The notes under the pieces were generated by a model, which was not told the origin of the DNA, did not search any database, and saw only the letters and a program-made list of their open reading frames with translations. Below, piece after piece: positions 48,924-62,420 of a stretch of 64,000 nt of DNA. Within the stretch, counting starts at the first letter, position 1, and every line of letters starts with the position of its first letter. A program made the position numbers and the translations under genes. The stretch covers positions 124,001 through 188,000 of the forward strand of contig JAPETS010000002.1 in the NCBI GenBank assembly GCA_026023565.1. Reading direction: 5' to 3'. Source of the DNA: Cirrosporium novae-zelandiae. Taxonomy: Eukaryota.

Positions 48924-50503
48924 TGAAGTAACAAGCACCGAGAGACATACTTTGAAAATTGTTTCCTATGCAATCAACCTCGTGATGAGCCGATCAGACG
49001 GCAGGCGCATGCCAAAAGAACACTGCTAGGTAGAGTCGAGTCAAGCAAGGCAAGACGAACAGAAGAGAGGGTAAGAATAGTTCGAAGGAACGAGAAGGAG
49101 GACAATGAAGAAGGTGTTCTTAAAAATATCTCTTGATGGGGTTCTCACTTGGAGAGGTTACCTAGAGATTGATTATCTTAGCAAAGTGCGGGCTAGAGCT
49201 TTCAGAGCTTTTGAGCCGCAACACACACTCATTTGAGCTAAAGTACGAATTAGCAACTTTATGATAAATGCAGAAATGTTGATGATGAATAAGCACCTCC
49301 AACGTTCGTGTAGTATGACACTTGTAAATTAGTAATTACTCAGAGTAGGAGGGCTCCAGGTCATCTGTTCCTGGAGAATGATATGATATGGCCGTGGCTG
49401 TGGTCATGACACGCACGTTATTAGTCACGAATGTATGTATAACTGACTTGGTAGACAGGATGTCAAATTTATAGATATGTATATTCGATTATCTAAATCT
49501 TGTCTAATAATACCAATCACGAACTCAGTCATAACCTTCCGGGGGGATGCGGGAAGGGAAGAAGAAGGGGAGGTTGCCTAACCGCTAAGTTGACCAGACC
49601 TTGCAAGACCTCTCAGATAACCGCCCTTGATCTCAAAAATGATCAAAAAAATACCAAAAATAGCACATGAAATGGTCCGGGTAGCCAATGGAGCGCTAAT
49701 TATTATGAAGGTTGGCTTGTGTTCAAAACAAGCGCGTTTACTTTCTATTTTATGTCTTTTCTTCTGACCCAAAGGCCATTATTCTCCGGATAACAACCAT
49801 CTTGTTTTGGCCGGTCCTGAAACCCACAACACATGTCACTATTTCTATAAGGCGTCAAATCAAACGCCCTCGACCCTTTTTACAATCTCATCTCCGAGAC
49901 CTATGTGGGGAGGTCCGACCTCGAATCAATCCAACGTTGGGTTCACCATTTCAGAAAGTCTGGTTGGCCTTGGTTGACCTTGGTACTTATCCGGGTAGAT
50001 CGATAATCATCGATCTGCGGCTATCTCAAACACTTTTGTATTTGTTCCCATTTCTAGACTATGAGAACGTATATAAGAAGACCCAAGGGAGGGCCTTCCT
50101 CTTTGGTGACACCATTAACAAGCAGCATTGTGACCTGCAACAAAGCCTCTTTTTTTTCCTATTAACTTTGGCTCCTTTCATTTTCATTTTCCTTTGGTCT
50201 TATAATCCGGCCAACCCTTCTTTTCAACAGCCGCTCACCCGCATTATCTACTCGCAACCTCTCATTTCTTTTCCTTGCTTTGTCCTTCTCAAGCAACAAG
50301 ACTACATTTGCTCCTTTTTCGGCTTCGGTATCGAGCCACATAATTCCATAACAAAAAGTCTCCGAAACCGACGAGGTTGTTGAGCGACCAAACACGAAGT
50401 CAGTGCCTCCAGGCGAGGCCGACCTCGATTTCATTAATTTCCAATCCATATACATACACACACACACACATATACATATTTATATCTATTCATGTACTAT
50501 ACC

Positions 50504-51509
50504 ATGATGCCAAAAGCTTCCACGGCACGTCCAATCCATCGGTCCACTCCCTATGCAATACCTCAGCTTCAACCCCAGTTCCACCAACATCAGCTTCCCC
50601 TCCCAACATCAGCAATATCCTCGACATACGTACCTCAACCCCCCAATCTTTCGACGGCCCCTGCCCCCACATCCAACACAGCTTGGAGTTCTGCAGATGA
50701 CGCTATTCTCGTTTCCTCACGAGCCCAAGGCCTCAACTGGGGTCCCATCTCCCAGAAATTTAACAACAAGACACCTAATGCCTGCCGGAAAAGACATGAA
50801 AGGATAATGGCGAAGCGGCAGGGCGAGGAGTGGGAGCATGGCAAGCTAGAGGAGCTTGCGAGAGCGTACATCGCATGTCGACAGGAAATGTGGGAGATAC
50901 TAGCCCGAAAATTAGGAATGGGAGAGCGGGCATGGACGATCGTTGAAACAAAAGTGAGTCAGCTCAACCCATCCCTTTATCCCCCATCTTCACATCACAT
51001 CAAGGGGGAAGAACACCACTAACAACAATATCGCTATCAATCAGTGCATGGAAAAAGGCGTCAAGAACCTAAAACAAGCCGCCGGCCGCAGAGCACAAGG
51101 CACGCACTCGCCACCCTCCCAATCATCCCACGATCACCAGCTCCAACTCCAACAACAGAAAAACTTCCTACAAGAAAGCGATCCCGGGAATAACAGCAAC
51201 CTCACAGACGATAGCGGTATCGGAATCACCCTCGGCGTCGACGACGGTGCCGCGGGCTCACCACACAACAACACAGGAATGGGAACACACAACATGGCGG
51301 TCGACAGCAGCGGAATCCCAGTGAGCGAAGAAAATATGAACATGAATATGAATATGAGCATGAATGGATTGCTACATCATGGTAATGGGGGTGGTGGCGG
51401 CAGGGGATTATACGATGACGGCTTCGACGCCGGAGGGGGGAGAAGAATTTCCTATGGAAATGTGATTCCAAGCATTGCGAGTATTTTGGAGTATGCGCAC
51501 CACTCATAA
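50504..51509 (+). CDS. Myb/SANT-domain protein; exons 50504-50953, 51045-51509
   Basis: WSSADDAILVSSRAQGLNWGPISQKF.NKTPNACRKRHER is Myb-like; second helical repeat ELARAYIACRQEMWEILARKLG...WTIVETK|CMEKG; intron GTGAGT...ACTAAC...CAG. Confidence 0.88.
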
Positions 51510-52583
51510 TATTATATCGACGACGTTTTTACTAGGGATGACAAAAGAGACTGAAGGAAAAGAAGAAAAGAACGAAAAATACAAAGATAGAAAGATACCC
51601 AGAAAGAGCACAACGGAATGGGATGGGATGAAAAAAAAGCGGTGGCGAAACTCGGGGCTTGTTGGCTGGCTGGTTTTATGTTTTGGGAGCGACGAATGGG
51701 AGGGATAAGTTGTCTGTATAACTGATATACTGAACCAATCTCTTTTTTATTTTTTTCTTCTTCTAACGGCCGATATTTATATACCTAGGATTGAAGATTG
51801 AAGGGTACAGTTTCAGCAGCGTGTGGAAAAATTGTTTATTTAATCTACGGAACGACGAGCGGTTGGATATCAAATATCAAGAGGAGGGCGTCAGCACGAA
51901 CGAACGAACGAACGAACGAATGCGTGGTTAACATGATCTTATATGTGTGCTCTCGGGGGGGCACTGAAACACCCCTATAGGTACTGTACCTTATGAGTCA
52001 GTGAGTGAGTGAGGTGAATTTAATATACCATCAATCATCAGAATAATAATTCCGATTAAATTAGCCAAAACAAAAAAAATCCCTTTTTTTGTTTCCCCCC
52101 CCCCCCCTCTGGTCCTTCACTAAAAGTCATAGATAAAATCCCTAAATTTTGATAGACTTTTTTGTCAATGGCCGAAAAGCGAGACCACCCACACGAAAAG
52201 GGGAAAAAAAAAGGGTTGGGAGGAGGTGTATTTACTTTGTTGAAGGGGAATACTGTACCGAGATATGGGATGTGGAATGTAGGTAGATTGCGGTTGTTCG
52301 TTGACTTTGACTTTGGGGTGGGTGGTAAATGTATGTTGGGTTGAGAATTTGAGAATGTAGGATGGGGACAGGGATGGGGACTTACTTGGTGAGGACTTGA
52401 TGATAGACTTGTCCTTTATTTAATTGGTGGTGCGGGTTTGGGTTCTGGTGTTTACAGTAATGCTTGTATAATTTAGTAGATCCTAGATGTCTTCATATGA
52501 TTATATTTTAATACGGTTTTAGATACCACGGCTACACATGATATTATTACAAATTCTACATGTACATACATCCCCCCTCCCCC

Positions 52584-54091
52584 TTATTCCCCACTCCTCC
52601 CCTTCTTCCTCCTCACCCACCCCCCCACGCCCAAAACCCCCCCATCCCCCTCCCCGGGATCCACGCTCCACTTCCTCAACGCCCTACACCCTAAATCCGA
52701 CTCCCAGCCCTGCTCAAACATTTCCAATCCCGCCCACGCAATCATGGCCGCGTTGTCGCAGCACAGGGAAGGTGGTGGAAACGAGAGCTTGATGTTCGAG
52801 AATCCTCGGATGTCGAGGAAGGATCGGAGGATGGTTTTTAGGTAGTGGTTTGAGGCTACGCCGCCTGCAATTACTAGGGTCGTGAGGGGGGTGGGGTTGG
52901 AATTTTGGGGGAAAGTAGGCTGTCTGGCTTGGAGAGCGTAGACGACCCTAGAAGCGAGGTGCTCGAATGCTATGAGCATTATTTTCGCAGCGAGGTCGTG
53001 TCGCTCGTCCAAGCAGATTTCGTGCTGGGTCTTGGTGAAATATCGCTGTATCGAGCTCTCCAATCCCGAAAAGCTGAATGTGTCTGCTTTGCTGGCTCCC
53101 GTGTTTGAGAATGGCGGATGGAGCGACCAGCCCCATCGGTTTGACTTTTCTGAGATTTCTTCGGCCCTGGTGGCGGGAGGGGTGTAGTTGTATTCCTGGG
53201 GGTTTGGGAAGGCGAACTGTTCTAGCAGTTTTCCATACATTGTGTGGCCTTCTGTTTTTAGGTATTCCTTGGGTAGGATTATTCTTGCGATCTTGTCAAG
53301 GCAATCTCCGATGGCTATGTCACAGGTCGTTGCTAAGATTTCATGGTGTACTAGGGACTTGGAGTGCACCAGCATGGTATGTCCGCCCGACACGAGTAGT
53401 GACAAGAACGGGAAAGCTGGATCCCGGGAACGCGATGAGGGGTTATTGAGTGCAGAAACTAGACGTGGAGTCAAGGCATGGGCTTGCATGTGATTCACCC
53501 CGATCAGAGGGACGTCCCATGCTGCCGCCAGACCTTTAGCTAGCTCAAGGCCGATCGAAATGCTGGAGCGCATTCCCGGACCACGCGTTACGGCAATGAG
53601 ATCTGGTATGCGTCTGCTGCTGCTGCTGCTGCTGCAAGATCGGCCATCTTCAGGAGCTTTCTCAACTCCAATGCAGCTGGGTAAAGATTCCAGGGCTTTC
53701 TTTACAAGAGGTCCGAGGCTAGATTCATGGGATGCCAGGCTAACAATTGGATGAATTCCCCCATATTGACGGTTATCCGCGGTGATCCTCTCATGAAAAT
53801 GGAGTCTAGCCGCGGGGGATAAAGGGTTGCCTATAGTAGATTCAAGCAACGCTACCGAGGTGTCGTCACTGCACTCACTACATTAGCTCCTATTCCTGTT
53901 GTTGCCAAGACGGCAATTTCAGAAGTTCCAGAATGGCAAAGAGCTCACCAAGATGTTTCTATTGCTAAGGTGAGCAGATTCTGAGCAGACGGGCCAAGTT
54001 GCGAACTATACCATCTTGAAACACAGGAATGGGAAACGATGGAAGGTCTGGTGAAGCGGACCATGCATGGATTCAATCGAGTACAAGGCAT
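52584..54091 (-). CDS. QRI7: Mitochondrial tRNA N6-threonylcarbamoyltransferase (Kae1/TsaD family, Qri7/OSGEPL1); exons 54091-53949, 53868-52584
   Basis: LTLAIETSCDDTSVA; IAVTRGPG; GVNHMQAHALT; LLVSGGHT; DIAIGDCLDK; FSFSGL; GGVASN; CCDNAAMIAW. The Arg/Ser-rich, acid-free N-terminus resembles a mitochondrial presequence (alternative ATG at 54068). Confidence 0.92.
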
Positions 54092-54634
54092 GCAAAAGCA
54101 TTAAAAGGGCTCCACCGATGATGATAGGACTGATAGAAGAATTAGAAAGATGTCTGATGTCAGATATCGGATATCGGAAATGCCTGGTAAAAAGCGGGAA
54201 GCTTGGGTTCGGGGGAAAAGATTGCGTCCAGCGGCTACCGGAGGTCGGAGAGCTGCTTCTCAATGGCTAAGTGGCACTGTGGCAGTTGAGTGGATGATAA
54301 CTCTCTACCATGGCGTGAGCCTGCAAAATCACCTAATAATCTGTGATGATCTGAAGACTATGGAATGTCCTAGCAGGAAAATAGTATATCAAGGCCCAGC
54401 AAAGTACACGTATCAATTTATTCTATTTTTCAACCTATTAAATATTTAATCCATTACAATATAATCGCCATCAGGAACGTTACTCGCAACCGTGAATCCT
54501 TAAACTCCCAGATTAACTTCCGCCCTGATCAATTACCCCACGATCCTGACCGGGTTCCTGCGCCGATCTCTTTCATAGTCAAACTATCGTCATCAACACT
54601 ATACTAGGGATATAAACCATTACTAGAAAGAAAC

Positions 54635-55772
54635 ATGAGAGCCATACGCTACTACGGACAAAAAGATATTCGCTTGGATGAAATTCCAGAGCCTACTTGT
54701 GGCGATGATGACGTCAAGGTCAGTTATCGTTAAGAATATAGCATGTGTCATCCCAGATCCGCGTACTGACTGTCCCCGAAAAAAAAAGATAGCACCAGCA
54801 TATGTTGGCATTTGTGGCACAGATCTTCATGAGTATCTCGGTGGAGCCACCTTCTGCCCAGAATCCCCTCATCCCGTCACAAACGAAGTCATTCCGGTTG
54901 TACTCGGTCATGAATTCTCTGGTGTCATTGACGAAGTAGGAAAGAACGTTGACGGGCTAAAGAAGGGCCAAAGAGTCGTTGTACAACCTACAGTCGCTTG
55001 CGGGCATTGTGGGGCCTGTACATCATCGGTAGAAAATGCATGCAGTAATGGTGGCTTCATTGGGTTGAGTGGTGGGGGAGGGGGTCTTAGTGACCGCTTA
55101 GTTGTGCCCAAGAGGAGAGTTATTCCAATACCAGACGATATTCCGCTTGATGTCGCTGCGACCGTTGAGCCGCTCTCGGTGGGCTGGCACGCAATCAAGG
55201 TATCACCTTTTAAGGAGGGTGACTCTGCCATCGTCATGGGCGGAGGCCCTGTTGGCCTTGCTGTGATCCAAGGTCTGAAGGCGTTGGGAGCTGGAACAAT
55301 TATCGTGTCAGAGATTGCGAAGCAGCGTCAAAATTTTGCCAAAGAATTTGGTGCAGACTACGTTTTTGATCCACGACACCAAGATATCATCAAGGAAACT
55401 ATGAAGCTATGTGGGGGGAACGGTGCAGATTTAGCGTTTGACTGCGCTGGCGTTCCCGCAAGTCTTGAATCAGCTTGCAAATGCGTTCGCCCAAGGGGCA
55501 CTGTCGTCAACGTTGCAATCTGGGAGCGTGCAGTTCCATTTAACCCAAATTGGGTGACGCTTCGGGAAAGATATTACCTGGGCACAATTGGTTATGTCAA
55601 GAGCGATTTCGAGCAGGTTATTGATGCTATTCACAAAGGAAAGCTCACGCCGGCTCATATGATCACTCGAAAGGTCAAACTGGAGGACACAGTGGAGGGA
55701 GGCATGAAAACTTTGATTTCAGATAAGGATAACCAGGTAAAAGTCCTGGTCGAGGTCAATCCGCAACCGTGA
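54635..55772 (+). CDS. Zn-dependent MDR dehydrogenase, (2R,3R)-butanediol/sorbitol dehydrogenase-like; exons 54635-54718, 54789-55772
   Basis: MRAIRYYGQKDIRLDEIPEP...GICGTDLHEYLGG; GHEFSG; structural zinc CGHCGAC...C; GGGPVG NAD-binding motif; closest in motif style to BDH1. Confidence 0.92.
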
Positions 55773-56078
55773 ATGTAGACGGGTTTATAAACATAAATGG
55801 GTGGCTGCTGTATATATTAATGGTGACAAATATCTTACCACATTGTCTCAGTGAAAGAGGATTGGAGCTTAGGAACACTGTAGCAAAAGCATATATTCAA
55901 TCCCAAGATATGAATAATTTAAACCTTTTATCTTATTTCTGGTTATTTGGACTTCCCAACTGCCTAGTGACGTTGATGCGTACACAATCGTGTGGGGAGT
56001 CCAAGTGATCGGGTTCATCTCGGTATCAAATGCTGTGTCTAGACACCTGCAATGCTCAAATATATACAAGCATCATCT

Positions 56079-56549
56079 TTAACCACCTGCTACGTTTTCT
56101 TTTTGCTGCAATTGTGTAACTTGCTTGCGTAGTTCAAGAAAAAAGTCCTTGCCGTTGCTCATCTGGTTGGCTAAATTGGGCCAGTCAGTGAAAATAGCAG
56201 TTACGGGGAAGATATGAGCAACCTACGCTTTGAACCCCACGGAGATGAGCCCTTGGAGTTGCTGGACTCTTTCCCAGAGGGCTTATATTGTTGTGGTTTG
56301 GTTTCTATTATATTGATAAGTATATGGCATGAGATTTAGATACCGAAGCCTCTTACCGGCAGCCGTAAGTCCATCACAACCTGAACCTTGTTAGAATAAT
56401 ACGTTCAAATATGAACAGGATAGCTCACCCCTCTTCAATGCTTCTTCAACTTCCCTCGAGTTGAAGTTTCCCACAGGAGTGTGCTGGTCATGAAAGCCAA
56501 GGCCACGGTGAGTCCTATTGTTACCCCAGGCACCGCCAGACGTAGACAT
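56079..56549 (-). CDS. Four-exon 106-aa protein of unknown function; exons 56549-56429, 56386-56357, 56304-56227, 56170-56079
   Basis: Three canonical phase-1 introns (GTGAGC, GTAAGA, GTAGGT donors) join into an open frame: MSTSGGAWGNNRTHRGLGFHDQHTPVGNFNSREVEEALKRGSGCDGLTAAETKPQQYKPSGKESSNSKGSSPWGSKPNQMSNGKDFFLELRKQVTQLQQKENVAGG*. Confidence 0.8.
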
Positions 56550-57231
56550 TTTGATATGATTCTTGAGCCCCGAACTGCCCCAGGACCTCGTTAAGGAAAT
56601 TCTGGCTGAGATGGCTTGCCCTGCGGAGTAAGTAATTAGAGCTTGAAGTGGGCGATTAAGCAAGGTAAAGTTTGCCAAGATACAAGTATTAGAGTCGTCC
56701 TTGGCGTTATTTTTCACGTCAGTATTTACCATATAAATTACATTCTTTCCACCTTATCCAGGTTTATATTTAGTCTGAAATCTTGAATTAATACCAGTCT
56801 TTACCATAACTAGCTGTTGGTAGAAAAATTGCGGAGAATTTTAAGTTGGCAGGGTTGGGAAAATAAGAGCGAGGAGCGTTGTAAGGTCATAGCGCTAGCT
56901 TTACATAATTTCCATACGCAGTAGTACAATACAGGACACGCGCAGGATTAGCCACCTTCGGTTGACCTCACCTTAATACCTTCATTACAGTCTAGATGTG
57001 TCGCTATAAGCCCAAGTTGATAGGAAGCCACTGGAACCAAATCTCTCCAAAACATGTAAATGGATATCAATGACTTGTTTCCAGGCCCATACATTTTTAT
57101 CGAGAGAAGCCTTTAACCTCCCCCCTTCATCTTTAAATATCCACAAATTCGCTCCCGCTTGCGGTTCTCAACTATCGTTACTTTCATCAATTCTCATAAC
57201 ACACTCTCTTATCAGCAGTTATAACTAAAAT

Positions 57232-60200
57232 ATGGCGCCGACTCCATCATCTCGACGAAGGCCCTTCAATACTAGACCTCGAAGCACGCGTCGTCCTCGC
57301 CAGAAACATTCAAATGACGATTCTGATGACGCTGAAGAGAGCCCCCCAAGGAAGCTTCGTTATATACCTGGTGGACCAGGAGGCGGTGGGCGATATATTG
57401 ACCAAGATGGAAAAGAGACACCGGCTCACGGTGGCGCAGGCAAAGGGACCCCGACTTTCATGAGAACACGTTTAAGTCAGGAAAATACCACGAATATCAT
57501 TCGCCAGACATCACCACGACCTCGGCGGGAGAGAGTTCAAGCAAGACCAAGATATAGCTCTGCAGCGGCGGCAGCAGCAGCAGTAGTTCAAGGGGATGGC
57601 TATAAACCAAGAGAAGAAAGAAGCTGGGAAGAATTTCATCATGATCTAGATATCGATGCAAAACTCCCCCTTTTCAGTGCAGCTGAGGTTGACGGTCTTG
57701 TCCCAACCGCAAATAGTGTTATTCTCAATGGTTCTAGTCTAGGACTAAACGGAAATAGTATAGGGAATAATGGTTTAACCAACGGAATCCCAGCGACTCC
57801 ACCGGTCAAGAGACGACCCGGTCGTCCCCCTCGACGGCCTGATGCGATGCTTCAAGGAATTGGCACGCCGGATACTCCAAAAGTTGTGCCTCTTCCTGGA
57901 CCAAATCCACGTGAAAAGCTTACTTTACCAAAGCCGTTGTTTCGTAGGATTGATCCATTTGTGACTTATGAGACACATGGGGCTGCTCAACAGAATTATG
58001 TTGACCGGACGATGGCTAATGTTGGCTATCAAGAGAGTGACATGTTCGGTCGCTCTCCTCGAAAGATGATTAGGGCTGCCGAGGGTGCGGTAGAGGAAGA
58101 CCTGGATCTGGGGCCATCCTTGATTATCGATGGTGATGTTAACGCAGCGCTCGGTAGCAATGGAGTCGGCCGAGTAGAATATGATATGGATGAACAGGAC
58201 GAAAAATGGCTTGAGGCGTATAACGCTCTTCGCAGGGAGGAGCAAGTTGAAGCCATCAAACCAGCTATTTTTGAAATCACGATGACGAAAATAGAGAAAG
58301 AATGGCATGCTCTAGAGAAACGTATACCAAAACCCAGTCCTAAACCGCCACAAACTCATCGGCCCCGCTCGAGTTCTGCTGCTGCCGTGAATGGGGAGCC
58401 ACACCCACAAGGAGAAGAACAGGACAGTAAATGTGCAATCTGCGATGATGGTGATTGCGAAAACACAAATGCAATTGTTTTTTGTGATGGCTGTGACTTG
58501 GCAGTTCATCAAGAATGTTATGGTGTCCCCTTTATACCCGAGGGTCAATGGCTCTGTCGAAAATGCCAACTCCTAGGGCGAGGGATCCCAACTTGTATTT
58601 TCTGTCCAAATACCGACGGCGCTTTCAAGCAAACAAGCACTTCACGTTGGGCTCATCTTCTTTGTGCAATATGGATACCGGAGGTGAGTTTGGGCAACAC
58701 GACATTTATGGAACCTGTCTTGGAGGTTGAAAAGGTCCCCAGACAGAGGTGGAAATTGAATTGTTATATTTGTCACCAGAAAATGGGTGCTTGTATACAA
58801 TGTAGCAACAAGAACTGTTTCGTTGCTTTCCATGTCACGTGCGCAAGACGGGCTCAGCTGTTTCTGAAAATGAAGTCAGGTCAAGGTAGCGCCGCAAACT
58901 TGGAGCCTAATCTTCTTAAAGCCTATTGCGATAAGCACTCACCGCATGAGTGGCAGAAAGAGCATAACACAGAAGAGGCTACTTTAGATGCCATCGAATA
59001 TTATCATCGCCATATGCATGATAGAGTTTGGGCAGACAGTCAACCATCCGCACTAACAACAATTCCAACACACGAAGTCATTGGAGAAGACTCGCAATCA
59101 ACCACAGGACGTGTCAATCCGACTGTTGGAGGTCGGCGCAAACGAAATGAACAGAAAACAGTGTGGAAGCTACCCTCTGGTGCACCTGTTGTACCACAAG
59201 TATTGTTCAATTCTGTTGAAAGCTCACTGCAAAGGTTCACTGTTAGGAAAAGGAAAGATTATGCAGCTGATGCTTGTAAATATTGGACACTGAAGCGCGA
59301 AGCTCGACGGGGGGCAGCGTTACTCAAGCGACTTCAGCTACAAATGGAGACTTTTACCTCAATGGAGATGACTAGAAGGGATTTTGCAAGTATGGGTGCT
59401 GTTGGAGCTAGTAGACTTCAACGCAGGATTGATTTCGCCGAACTCCTCTTGCAGGATCTTGGTAGACTGCGATCGATATGCCACCTGATCAAACAACGCG
59501 AACAGGAGAAATTGCAAGATACATATTTGCTAAGAGATATTGTGGATACTGTTTACTTCCCAATCACTCCATTACTACGTCCAATTATGGATAATCTTCA
59601 AAGGTCGGTCCATCTCCATGCTCTTTAATACTACAGGTCAGTTACTAATTCGAAGTTCAGGCTTGATAGCAAAAACTTATTTCGCGAAGGCTTTGATGAG
59701 ATCCGCGCTAAAGTAGAGAGCCGACATTATGTCTCAACTGGCGAGTTCGCTATGGACCTGCGTGGGGTTTTTAGCTCAGCCATCAGCCTTGATATCCCCT
59801 CAGAAGATAATGCAGTGCAACTCCAAATAAACGGTGATCTGATAGCCAAAGATCTGACGCTAGAACAAAAAGAACGACGAAGATTAGCAAAACGCTTGAT
59901 AAAAATAGCACAACCGGCATTAAAGGACGCTGTGCGCAAAGAAGCCGATCTAAGCCAGATACCATTCGAAAAAGAATTATTGCAGCTTGATCTACTTGTT
60001 GAGACTAGTTTGTCCCGACGAGGATCCTTGGCAGCAGATGCGTCCATCGAAACCAGTAGTGATGGACATTCTCTAGGAGATGCTCAAGCCAAAGATATTA
60101 TTGGTGCACTTCTATTACAGGAAGAAGAGCCCGAGAAGAAAACAAAACATGAAGACAAACCCGAGACAGATGAAATCATGAATTTAGATCCTGCTATCTT

Positions 60201-60723
60201 GACAGATCCGATAGATACTACCGATCCTACGTTAGCAGTTAGCTATGCTACAGTTCAAGAATCAGTGATAATGGGTGGTCCAATGCCTATTCACAATTCC
60301 GTTCAAGTGAGACAACACTTTCTGGCGCAAGCGAATGGGCAGGTAGAAACCGCGGCAGAAACGAGTACTACTAATGGCAATTGGCTAACGACGAAATCCA
60401 ACCAGCCAGCTCTCGAAGGCGGAAGTGCTCCAACCCCAGCCATAAGTTATGACAGCGATGAACACTTACCATTATACCATGGCGGTATCACCTGGTATAT
60501 GGAACCATTCGACCCTGATGGAACTACAATCCATGACGAAAGATGGACAGGGAGGGAAGTTCTTAGCAGAATGAGTGAGGAACTCAGTGAGATGGATGAT
60601 GAAGCCCTTGAGCGCCTTGCTGATGACGAGCTTGTCACAGGAGAGGGCGGCACGGTGTCCGGGACATCGGGAAAGCCTTCTACGAATGGAAAGAAGAGAG
60701 CTAAACGAAGACGGCGATGGTAA
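57232..60723 (+). CDS. NTO1: NuA3 histone acetyltransferase subunit Nto1 (BRPF/JADE-like, EPL1 plus PZP); exons 57232-59603, 59661-60723
   Basis: RVEYDMDEQDEKWL (EPL1); CAICDDGDCENTNAIVFCDGCDLAVHQECYGVPFIPEGQWLCRKC (PHD) followed by zinc knuckle and second PHD; CKYWTLKREARRGAALLKRLQ. Confidence 0.95.
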
Positions 60724-61371
60724 GATACGTGGCAGTCTCATACAAGACTTCTAGCCCATGACTTGTATTTTACAAATCCTCCAAAAGGCTGAGGCGTTAT
60801 TGAGTAGAAAATTGCTACGTTCGAGTTCCTCTAATGACGGATGACTAATTATAGGGAAAGGGAACTCTAAAGCTGTACAGTACATTAGGCAACCGAGATA
60901 AACTAGCAAGTATTGATGTATTAATGGATAACTGATATCAACTAAGCTCCACCAAGTATGTCTGTTTAAACATGATGTGTATAAAAGGGTGAAGTATGAA
61001 GTAATGATTCACACAGTGTAAGAATTGTAATTTTAGGGTTTCAAGGTTCGAGCGGCTAACCAAATTGGAAGGGGACAAAGTAGCGCGTTTGTTTCGTTTC
61101 ACAGACGGAAGTTGCCCCTTCACAACTTTCACCCCCTTCTCATTTTATCTACCAACATCAACAACATCTACTTCATCAACACCCCATCAGTCATCTCAAC
61201 TTCTCTCTTTTCAGTTTCTCGTGACAGTCCTTATAAGCTGTTGCGGCTATTTCATATCTTACTACTTGGCTTCGCTTGACCTCTCTTACCTCCTTGCAAG
61301 CTTTGCACGTGCAAGGCTCAACACTTCTCCAAAAAACACCACCTGGTACTCCAATTTAATCAACTGTCAAC

Positions 61372-62420
61372 ATGGCCTCTAGAGAGTATGAAGCAGAAAC
61401 TGGTCGCTTCGAAGGTAAATATCTATTCTCAACTTTGTCTTTGATCATTTCTCATTGCTGACATGAAACTTAGATGAGCCTCGCTATGACCGTGATCGCA
61501 GTGCTTCTCCTCGTCCTATGCGCCAGGATGATGGACCAAGTGAAAGGGCACGAAGCGCCTCCCCTAATGGTCGCATGGACTCTCGGTATGTATTAGCTTC
61601 TTTGAGACTTACGAGCTAGCTGCTAACAGAATCCCAGTGGCCCTCCTGCTGACGGACGTCCCCAAGAGGAGAGAGATACTGCAAATCGCAATCCCGGATC
61701 AAACCTTTTTGTAACTGGCATTCACCCTCGTCTTACTGAAGAAGATGTGTCTCGCCTCTTCGAAAAGTATGGAGAGGTTGAGAAATGCTCAATTATGAAG
61801 GATCCTCATACACAAGAGTCTCGTGGCTTTGGCTTTGTTAAGATGGTCACAACTGAGCAAGCTGATGCGGCTAAGGAAGGCCTTCAAGGAGAAGCCATTG
61901 AAGGCCGAACACTGAGCATTGAGAAGGCTAGGAGGGGTCGTCCAAGAACTCCTACTCCTGGCAAATACTTCGGTCCACCCAAACGTGGTAAGTTTTAAAA
62001 TGAGTTATTTTATTTACTTCGAGTTACTAATTATTGGCAGATGATTTCCGTGGTCATCGTGGAGGTGGCCGCTTTGACCGTTATGATGATCGTCGTCCTT
62101 ATGGGCGTCGTGATGATTATGGTTATCGTGGGGGCTCTTCTCGCTACGGTGGAGGCTACGGCGACCGAGACCGCTACTACGACCGACGTGATGACTACGG
62201 TTCTCGCGGAATCGATCGATATGCGTCAGGTCGTGAAGACCGCTACGGTGGTGACCGTAGTGAGGGCAGACGTGGAGGTGGCTACTATGATAGGGATGAT
62301 AGCCGGTCTTCTCATGCCGGTTATGGTGGTGGACCTGCTGCAAGAGAGCCTCGCGATCCTTATGTTAGGCCTGGATATGATGAAGCTCGTGCTCCTGCAG
62401 AGGATAGGTATGCTCGGTAG
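61372..62420 (+). CDS. Tra2/SR-like single-RRM RNA-binding protein; exons 61372-61414, 61474-61585, 61638-61987, 62041-62420
   Basis: NPGSNLFVTGI (RNP2); ESRGFGFVKM (RNP1); LSIEKARRGRPRTPTPGKYFG (Tra2-type C-flank); RD/RGG/Y-rich tail. Confidence 0.92.

Noticed and set aside
49712..50383. 223-aa ORF upstream of the Myb/SANT gene
   Set aside because: Starts at TTG with no in-frame ATG; F/L/P-rich composition reflects a pyrimidine-rich promoter/5'-UTR; no recognisable motif.
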